From positions 12,065 through 76,064 of the forward strand of contig CALHRZ010000017.1 of NCBI GenBank assembly GCA_938038445.1: a stretch of DNA of 64,000 bases, read 5' to 3'. The notes below the pieces were generated by a model. The model was given only the letters and a program-made list of their open reading frames with translations. It made no database searches and was not told where the DNA came from. The position numbers and the translations under genes were made by a program. Shown here piece by piece: positions 57,592-64,000 of the stretch; the stretch's first letter is position 1; every line of letters starts with the position of its first letter. This stretch comes from an uncultured bacterium (lineage in GTDB: Bacteria; Verrucomicrobiota; Kiritimatiellia; CAIKKV01).

Positions 57592-58500
57592 ATGGCCGAT
57601 TTAACCCTCGTCGTCCTCGCCGCCGGCATCGGCAGCCGCTACGGCGGTCTCAAACAGATCGAAGCCGTCGGACCTGCGGGTGAGCTCGTGATTGATTACT
57701 CGCTCTTCGACGCAAAAAATGCCGGCTTTCAAAAGGTCGTGTTTGTGATTCGGCGCGAAATCGAACCGTCCTTCCGAGAGGCGATCGGCCGGCGAATCGA
57801 ACGCCTGATGAACGTCGCCTATGTTTTCCAATCTCTTGACGACCTGCCGCCTCCCTTTACCCCCCCTTCTCCTCGATCCAAACCCTGGGGAACCGGCCAC
57901 GCCGTCTGGTCAGCCCGCTCCGCCGTTACAACCCCTTTCGCCGTCATCAATGCCGACGACTTCTATGGCCGAAACGCTTACCGTTTGCTCGCCGAGTTTC
58001 TCACCGCTACTCCCCCCCTCTCCCCCCATTTCGCCCTGGCCGCCTATACCCTCCGCAATACGCTTTCCGACCACGGATCGGTCGCCCGCGGCGTCTGCCG
58101 TGTAACCCCCGATGGCTTCCTGGCCGGTGTCACGGAATATACCCACATCACGCGAGATGGACGCGGCGCCCGCGCCGAAGACGCGCAAGGCCAAAAATTT
58201 TGTTTCACAGGAGACGAACCCGTCTCGATGAATATCTGGGGCTTCACCCCCACCCTCTTCCCCCTGCTCGAAAGCGCGTTCCGTTCTTTTCTCGCTGAAC
58301 GAGGAACCGACCCAAAGGCCGAGTTCTTTCTCCCCACCGCCGTCGATGGGTTTATCCGGAATGGCCGGGCTTCCGTCCGGGTGCTCGCCACCGCCGACCC
58401 TTGGTTCGGTATAACCTACCCCGCCGACCGCGAAACGGTCCGCGAAGCCATTCGCCATCTCGTCCGGCGCGGGGAATACCCCGCACCCCTCTGGCGTTGA
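57592..58500 (+). CDS. Sugar-phosphate nucleotidyltransferase family protein
   Basis: The N-terminus LVVLAAGIGSRYGGLKQ is the NTP-transferase glycine-rich loop. The product is 302 aa. Confidence 0.65.
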   Translation: MADLTLVVLAAGIGSRYGGLKQIEAVGPAGELVIDYSLFDAKNAGFQKVVFVIRREIEPSFREAIGRRIERLMNVAYVFQSLDDLPPPFTPPSPRSKPWGTGHAVWSARSAVTTPFAVINADDFYGRNAYRLLAEFLTATPPLSPHFALAAYTLRNTLSDHGSVARGVCRVTPDGFLAGVTEYTHITRDGRGARAEDAQGQKFCFTGDEPVSMNIWGFTPTLFPLLESAFRSFLAERGTDPKAEFFLPTAVDGFIRNGRASVRVLATADPWFGITYPADRETVREAIRHLVRRGEYPAPLWR

Positions 58501-58518
58501 CCCCCCCTCCAGCCCGAA

Positions 58519-59550
58519 CTACGGATGCTTGGCTCGAAGGGCCCTCCCCTGTGCCGCACTGCGGCAGGCAAGATCCAGAATATGAATCGGCCGACGCGCC
58601 CACTCGGGGGTGATGATCAGGGGCTGGCCTTGGACCAAGTGATCGGCGATATTCTGATACAACCGCCACCCTTCACTGGGCGGATTCGCGCCTCGCGTGA
58701 TCACGGTTTCCCCATCTCGATGCTGAATCAATTGGAACGTCCCTCCCTCCATCACGTAAGAACCCTCAGTCCCCGTGATCTCCAACCAACCTTCCTTGGG
58801 TTTGGAATCAAGATGAGAGATGATTAATGTGGACCACTGACCACTCGCGTACCGAACAACCGCAAACGCCTCGTCCTCGTTCGTATCCTCCTTCCAAGCC
58901 GTCCGCGGGGCCCAGAATCCCCGCCGGGCAAACCCGCTGACCTCGCGGATTTCGGCCCGAATCAGCTGCAGGGTGTACTCCAACAGATGCACCCCCCAAT
59001 CGTAGAGGATGCCGCCGGAAATCGTCTTGCTCGACCGCCACCAGTCACGGGGCTGCCCCCACCCACCCATGTGCGCTTCGATCCGCACAATCTCCCCAAT
59101 GGCCCCCGCCCCGATCCGTTTGACCGCCTCCAGAATGCACCCATCCCAATGGCGGTTGTGGTAGGTGGAGAGGACGACCCCACTCCTCCGCGCCGCCGCA
59201 ATCATTGCATCACACTCCGCCGTCGTCACCGCCATCGGCTTTTCAACTACAACATGACGGCCCGCCTTCAAACACTGCAGCGCCAGCTTCGCGTGCGTGT
59301 TATGAGGCGTAATAACCGCGAGCAATTGAACGTCGCTCTTTTTCAACATCTCGGAGAGGTTCGCAAACGTCTTAATGCCCGGAAACTCCTGCTCCGCGAC
59401 CTTGCGCCGCTCCGGATCAATCTCACATACAGCCGTAGGGGTCATTCCCGCCTTCGCCATCTCGTTCAGATGATGGCGGCCCATGTTGAACGCCCCGCCA
59501 TATCCGACAACACCCACCTTGATCGCCGATGCTTGTGCGTACCGTTTCAT
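58519..59550 (-). CDS. Gfo/Idh/MocA family oxidoreductase
   Basis: The Rossmann N-terminus is IKVGVVGYGGAFNMGRHH. EKPMA and a C-terminal alpha/beta domain are present. Confidence 0.75.
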   Translation of the reverse strand: MKRYAQASAIKVGVVGYGGAFNMGRHHLNEMAKAGMTPTAVCEIDPERRKVAEQEFPGIKTFANLSEMLKKSDVQLLAVITPHNTHAKLALQCLKAGRHVVVEKPMAVTTAECDAMIAAARRSGVVLSTYHNRHWDGCILEAVKRIGAGAIGEIVRIEAHMGGWGQPRDWWRSSKTISGGILYDWGVHLLEYTLQLIRAEIREVSGFARRGFWAPRTAWKEDTNEDEAFAVVRYASGQWSTLIISHLDSKPKEGWLEITGTEGSYVMEGGTFQLIQHRDGETVITRGANPPSEGWRLYQNIADHLVQGQPLIITPEWARRPIHILDLACRSAAQGRALRAKHP

Positions 59551-59597
59551 TGGATCTCCTTTCCGAATAATCTTCGGAATATAAAAGGGTAAACCGA

Positions 59598-60254
59598 TCA
59601 GCAGGCCGCCCACGCCATGCCACGGCGAAGAAGAGCCCGGACTTCCGGCACTTCAAAATCTTTGGCCACGTGACCAAGTGACATGTAAAATACACGTCCC
59701 TCCCCCCATCGCCGTTTCCACACCACCGGCATAACCGTCCCCTTGATCCACGGCGTGCCGTACTCCCCCGTGAACGTGGTGGTCGCCAAAACCTCGTTGC
59801 CTGGATCCACATGCATGTAATACTGCTCGGATTTCATCTTGAAATCCTTAAGCCCTTCTGTGATGGGATCGGTGTGGTTTGTGATGTTGACTGTGTACTC
59901 GACAATCCCCCCCGGATGCGCCACCCATTGGCCGCCGGTCATGAACTGATACGATGTGTTCTGACGGAACGCATCGCACATCCCGCCATGCCAACCCGCA
60001 ATCCCAACGCCCGCGGCGATCGCCTCCAGCAGCCCTTTTTCCTGCTCAGGGGTAATCTGCCCCATCGTCCAACAAGGCACAACAAGACTCAGTCCCTTCA
60101 TCTTCTGCCCGTCACAGTAAACATCCATCGTGTCGAACACCTCGACCTCAAATCCCATCTGACGAAGGTCTTCAGCCGCAAGAGCCGTCGTTTCCTTCGG
60201 TTCGTGCCCCTTCCACCCCCCCCATACAACCAACGCCTTCTTTGCCATGTCCAT
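59598..60254 (-). CDS. ThuA-like (trehalose utilisation / class-I glutamine amidotransferase-like) protein
   Basis: [15 protein letters not shown] and WHGGMCDAF point to the ThuA family fold. Confidence 0.6.
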   Translation of the reverse strand: MDMAKKALVVWGGWKGHEPKETTALAAEDLRQMGFEVEVFDTMDVYCDGQKMKGLSLVVPCWTMGQITPEQEKGLLEAIAAGVGIAGWHGGMCDAFRQNTSYQFMTGGQWVAHPGGIVEYTVNITNHTDPITEGLKDFKMKSEQYYMHVDPGNEVLATTTFTGEYGTPWIKGTVMPVVWKRRWGEGRVFYMSLGHVAKDFEVPEVRALLRRGMAWAAC

Positions 60255-60281
60255 CCCTTTCGTTTGTGTGTCGTGTCTTCC

Positions 60282-61547
60282 CTATCCAACCCGTTCCGGC
60301 ACGGCCAAATCCCGAAACAACCGATGCGCATACATCCGATCGCGAAACCCCGCCCGATCCGGCTTCAGGTCCGCCGGCAAGGCGATTTCACAAAACGTTC
60401 GCGTGGCCGCGCTTTCTTTCGCCTTGAGGCACATGAGAGCACTCAGCAGCCCGGCACTCAGTGGCGCTGCGGAATCCGCTTCCTTTCGCAATATTTGAAG
60501 AAAGTTCCACACGAGAATCGCATCACCCCCTCCATGACCCGCCTTCCCCGGCTCGATCGTATGAACCGCCGACCGCGTCTGATGATGATAAAAAATCCTT
60601 ACCTCGTTTGTGTACCAGTCAAACTCCAGCGTCCCCTTGTACCCAAAAAACCGTGCCCCCCGCGCCCCCGCCCCCCGTCGAGCAAAAAAGTTCTGGCTGT
60701 ATGCCACATGCATTCCCGTCTCGTATTCCACCAGCGCGCTCCCGGAATCCTCATTCCCCGTGTCCACCGCAAAGCCGCATCGCAAAAGACGGCCCCCCTC
60801 CCGCTCCACCCTTTCGGTGATTCCCCGGCTTAGGTAGCGGTGCAACGAACTCTCCGGACACTCTTCGTCCAGGCCGCATTCACCACACCGAAGCCCGGCT
60901 TTCATCGGCCCTTTGTAAACCTGCTTGGCCGTCATCGCCGCCACCTGGACCGGACGCAGCCCCAATAGACGGGTGATGTAATCGAAATCGTGGGTCGCCT
61001 TTTGAAGAAACAACCCCTGTGTCTCCTGTTCGTCCCGATACCAACCAAGATAATAACAGTCGCCATACGGCACATTATTCCAGGCTTGCACATGATGCAC
61101 GGTCCCAATCTCCCCCGCCCGAATCAATTTCTCCGCCAGCCGGGCATGAGCCGTGACACGCAGGGGGAACGACACGACCACGGGACTCTTCGACCGCTTC
61201 CATGCAGCATACAATCGCCGCCAATCCGTTGCGTTCGTACACACCGGTTTTTCAAGAAACAAAGGAAGATTCCGCCGAAGCACCGGCACGGCATACCGCG
61301 TATGGAGAGAACAGCGCGTACCGATCATCACCCCATCCAATTCTTCTTCGGCCAACAGCCGGTCCCCCTCGGAATAAAATCGGATGGCCTCGACAGACCT
61401 GCCGTCCTTTCGAACTTGCTCCCGAACCTCCTCAACACGGGGATCCGCAATCGCGACAATCCGCACATCCTCCGGCCGAAACTGGTCCATCTGCCAAAGA
61501 AGACCGCGCATCCTTCTGCCATACCCGATCAACCCGATCTTTTTCAT
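60282..61547 (-). CDS. Gfo/Idh/MocA family oxidoreductase
   Basis: The Rossmann N-terminus is MKKIGLIGYGRRMRG, and EKPV is present. Confidence 0.7.
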   Translation of the reverse strand: MKKIGLIGYGRRMRGLLWQMDQFRPEDVRIVAIADPRVEEVREQVRKDGRSVEAIRFYSEGDRLLAEEELDGVMIGTRCSLHTRYAVPVLRRNLPLFLEKPVCTNATDWRRLYAAWKRSKSPVVVSFPLRVTAHARLAEKLIRAGEIGTVHHVQAWNNVPYGDCYYLGWYRDEQETQGLFLQKATHDFDYITRLLGLRPVQVAAMTAKQVYKGPMKAGLRCGECGLDEECPESSLHRYLSRGITERVEREGGRLLRCGFAVDTGNEDSGSALVEYETGMHVAYSQNFFARRGAGARGARFFGYKGTLEFDWYTNEVRIFYHHQTRSAVHTIEPGKAGHGGGDAILVWNFLQILRKEADSAAPLSAGLLSALMCLKAKESAATRTFCEIALPADLKPDRAGFRDRMYAHRLFRDLAVPERVG

Positions 61548-61745
61548 GAAACCAACGCCTCGCGAGAAAGAAAATTCGCGTTATCATGAGGTCGTCTCCC
61601 CTTCCAAGTCAAGCCCTCTTGCCGTTTCCAACCTCCGTTCCGGCAGCCTGCAAGTTCCGAAAACATCAGCGGAAAGTTCCCTTTCGTCTTTTGACTTTTA
61701 CCCTGAAATCGCCTAGGATACCTCTGCAAAAGGAAGAATGAATCC

Positions 61746-62105
61746 ATGCACCTCATCATGCTGAAAAGCAAACTCCACATGGCGCGTGTGACGGATGCCC
61801 AACTCGATTACCACGGCAGCCTCACCATCGATTCGCGCTTGATGAAGGAGGCGGAAATCTTGCCCTTCGAAAAGATCCTCGTCGCGAACGTCGAAAACGG
61901 GGAACGGTTTGAAACCTACGCAATCCCCGGCAAAGCCGGGAGCGGAGAAATTTGCTTGAACGGCGCTGCGGCCCGAAAAGGAAAAGTCGGCGATCGGTTG
62001 ATCATCTTCGCCTTTGCCCTCATGACCCGCAAAGAGGCCGCCCGTGCCAAACCCGTCATTCTCTGCCTCAACGCCCAAAATCAGGTCGCCGAAGTCCTCC
62101 ACTAA
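61746..62105 (+). CDS. panD: Aspartate 1-decarboxylase
   Basis: 119 aa. MLKSKLHMARVTDAQLDYHGSLTIDSRLMKEA is present, and the pyruvoyl-forming Ser falls within GSLT. Confidence 0.88.
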   Translation: MHLIMLKSKLHMARVTDAQLDYHGSLTIDSRLMKEAEILPFEKILVANVENGERFETYAIPGKAGSGEICLNGAAARKGKVGDRLIIFAFALMTRKEAARAKPVILCLNAQNQVAEVLH

Positions 62106-62114
62106 ACCCGCCGT

Positions 62115-63359
62115 TCAGGCCGCGCGGGTCTTCCCTTCGACGCGGGAAAAATGCCGGCTAATGACCGCCTGGGTAATCTTGACCGGTCGAGGATTCGCTT
62201 GGCGCGGCGTCTCAAACATTACGTCCAACATCAACTGCTCAAGAATCGCCCGCAGCCCCCGCGCTCCCGTGCGCTTCCGATGGGCAATCCGAGCCAACTC
62301 GCGGAGCGCCCCCTCGGTGAAGGTCAATTCCACTCCCTCCATCGCCAGTAACTTCTGATACTGCTTGACCATGCTGTTCTTCGGATCCGTCAGAATATGA
62401 ACCAGATCCTCCACCGTCAGCGGGTCCAAAACAGCCACCACGGGAAGCCGCCCGATGAACTCCGGAATCATGCCGTATTTAAGAAGATCTTCCGGCGCCA
62501 CCTGGAAGCCGGGCGCGTCCTCCGCCCCAGCAGCGGCCGGACGGAAACCCAAATTCTGCTTTTCAATCCGGCGGCGAATGATGTCCTCCAGCCCCACAAA
62601 AGCCCCGCCGCATATAAACAAAATGTGCTCCGTGTTGATCTTGATGAATTCCTGCTGGGGATGTTTGCGCCCCCCCTGAGGTGGAACATTCGCGACCGTC
62701 CCCTCTAAAATCTTAAGTAACGCCTGCTGTACCCCTTCCCCCGAAACGTCTCGCGTAATGGAAACGTTCTCCGTCTTTCGGGCAATCTTGTCAATCTCGT
62801 CAATGTACACGATCCCCCGTTCGGCACGCCGAACATTCCCGTCCGCCGCCTGAATCAGCCGGAGCAACACATTCTCGACATCCTCCCCCACATACCCCGC
62901 CTCCGTCAGCGTCGTCGCATCCGAAATGCTAAAGGGCACATCCAGACAGCGGGCCAGCGTCCGCGCAAGCAACGTCTTGCCGCTTCCGGTCGGCCCAATG
63001 AGAAGGACATTACTTTTTTCGATCTCCACATCCGCAAATTCGGGACGATCTTGCAACACCTCGCCCTGTTGAAGCCGCTTGTAGTGGTTATGAACGGCCA
63101 CCGAGAGAATTTTCTTCGCCTGCTCCTGGCCAATCACATACTGATCGAGAAAGCCCTTGATCTCGTGCGGCTTCGGCACCCGAAGCGGACCGGAAGAAAC
63201 CTGCTCCTTCGCCGAAGAGTCCTCTGCCCCCAGAATTTCCCGGCATAACCCCACGCATTGCTCGCAAATCGCCACGCCGGGTCCCGTCACCATCCGCCCC
63301 GCCTCCCGGCGGGGCCGACCGCAAAAGGAACACCGCGAAACTCCTTCCTCTCGGGGCAT
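62115..63359 (-). CDS. clpX: ATP-dependent Clp protease ATP-binding subunit ClpX
   Basis: The zinc finger is CSFCGRP...CEQC, Walker A is [14 protein letters not shown], and the IGF-like loop is present. The product is 414 aa. Confidence 0.92.
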   Translation of the reverse strand: MPREEGVSRCSFCGRPRREAGRMVTGPGVAICEQCVGLCREILGAEDSSAKEQVSSGPLRVPKPHEIKGFLDQYVIGQEQAKKILSVAVHNHYKRLQQGEVLQDRPEFADVEIEKSNVLLIGPTGSGKTLLARTLARCLDVPFSISDATTLTEAGYVGEDVENVLLRLIQAADGNVRRAERGIVYIDEIDKIARKTENVSITRDVSGEGVQQALLKILEGTVANVPPQGGRKHPQQEFIKINTEHILFICGGAFVGLEDIIRRRIEKQNLGFRPAAAGAEDAPGFQVAPEDLLKYGMIPEFIGRLPVVAVLDPLTVEDLVHILTDPKNSMVKQYQKLLAMEGVELTFTEGALRELARIAHRKRTGARGLRAILEQLMLDVMFETPRQANPRPVKITQAVISRHFSRVEGKTRAA

Positions 63360-63368
63360 GCCTCCTCC

Positions 63369-63995
63369 CTATCCCTTCGAACGTCCCACCGCAACGGTCT
63401 TCCGCGGATGCACCACCTCGTCCACCAGCCCGTAAGCCTTCGCTTCCTCCGCCGACATGAAATAGTCCCGATCGGTATCTTTCTCTACCGTCTCAACCGG
63501 TTTTCCCGTATGGGCGGCCAGAATCGCGTTCAACCGTTCCCGTAGTCGTAAAATCTCACGCGCTTGAATGCCCACGTCGGTCGCCTGCCCCTGCGCCCCA
63601 CCCCATGGCTGATGAATCATGATTCGCGCGTTCGGAAGCGCATATCGCTTGCCTTTTGTACCCGCCGCCAGCAACAACGCCCCCATGCTCGCCGCCTGCC
63701 CGACACAGTAGGTCGCGACGTCGCATTTCAGATACTGCATCGTGTCGTACACGGCCAAGCCCGCCGTTACGGATCCTCCCGGCGAGTTGATGTAAAGGCT
63801 GATCTCTTTCTCCGCATCCTCGCTCTGCAAAAAAAGCATCTGCGCGATCAGGAGATTGCTCACCTCATCGTCAATGGCCGTGCCGACAAAAATGATCCGT
63901 TCCTTCAGCAGGCGAGAGTAAATGTCGTAGGCCCGCTCGCCACGCCCCGTCTGCTCCACCACCATCGGGATAAGGATCTGATTATGACTGCGCAT
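63369..63995 (-). CDS. clpP: ATP-dependent Clp protease proteolytic subunit ClpP
   Basis: [28 protein letters not shown] is present, and the catalytic Ser is in [14 protein letters not shown]. It lies upstream of clpX. Confidence 0.9.
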   Translation of the reverse strand: MRSHNQILIPMVVEQTGRGERAYDIYSRLLKERIIFVGTAIDDEVSNLLIAQMLFLQSEDAEKEISLYINSPGGSVTAGLAVYDTMQYLKCDVATYCVGQAASMGALLLAAGTKGKRYALPNARIMIHQPWGGAQGQATDVGIQAREILRLRERLNAILAAHTGKPVETVEKDTDRDYFMSAEEAKAYGLVDEVVHPRKTVAVGRSKG

Positions 63996-64000
63996 CCGTG

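Noticed and set aside
1-64000. CRISPR arrays, transposases/integrases, prophage genes, tRNA genes
   Set aside because: I found no short regular direct repeats with spacers, no recognisable transposase, integrase or phage structural motifs, and no tRNA-like cloverleaf sequences in the few intergenic gaps. The window looks like core chromosome with the ExbBD-TPR modules as the accessory-like content.

Overview
This is a 64 kb high-GC (~60%+) chromosomal segment from a Gram-negative bacterium. Gene content suggests a PVC-like lineage (Verrucomicrobia/Planctomycetes), because HPr kinase sits beside Lpt genes and there are DUF4159, prenyltransferase-repeat and pseudopilin-like proteins; this is inference only. 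Nearly all genes in bases 1-38567 are on the minus strand, and many are joined by 4-nt ATGA/GTGA stop/start overlaps.

Recognisable content, from low to high coordinates:
- A 3'-truncated secretin gene (GspD/PilQ family) runs off the window start and overlaps the stop of an LptF/LptG-family permease gene.
- ahcY and metK (the methyl cycle genes).
- A regulatory PTS block, ptsI-ptsH-hprK-hpf, fused to an LPS block, lptB-lptA-lptC-kdsA-kdsB-hldE (kinase only).
- yggS, recR, ybaB and dnaX, with an SRP RNA gene (ffs) that is not in the ORF track just upstream of dnaX, and tadA divergent from it.
- Two tandem paralogous modules (18.2-25.5 kb and 25.6-38.6 kb). Each encodes secreted giant TPR proteins, ExbB, ExbD and a second ExbD, plus a different accessory membrane protein. 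Neither module has a recognisable TonB, TolA, TolB or Pal. I consider this a candidate undescribed proton-motive-force-driven envelope machine.
- Divergent from the 1527-aa TPR gene, a GspG-like pseudopilin carrying an N-terminal zinc ribbon and a degenerate prepilin motif.
- A translationally coupled hypothetical / O-antigen-ligase / secreted protein / ROK kinase operon.
- An ABC-2 permease-ATPase-permease set.
- A flavodoxin-like gene, a CPBP protease gene and mtnA.
- A GT9 heptosyltransferase, a secreted TPR protein plus lipoprotein pair, and rpsT.
- An nrdD (with ATP cone)-glutaredoxin-nrdG operon. An AT-rich island upstream carries a candidate NrdR box.
- A CsgG-like protein with no lipobox, a sugar nucleotidyltransferase and Gfo/Idh/MocA-ThuA sugar oxidoreductases, then panD, clpX and clpP.

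I found no CRISPR arrays, transposases, integrases or rRNA. Long plus-strand ORFs antisense to the real genes are artefacts of the high GC content.
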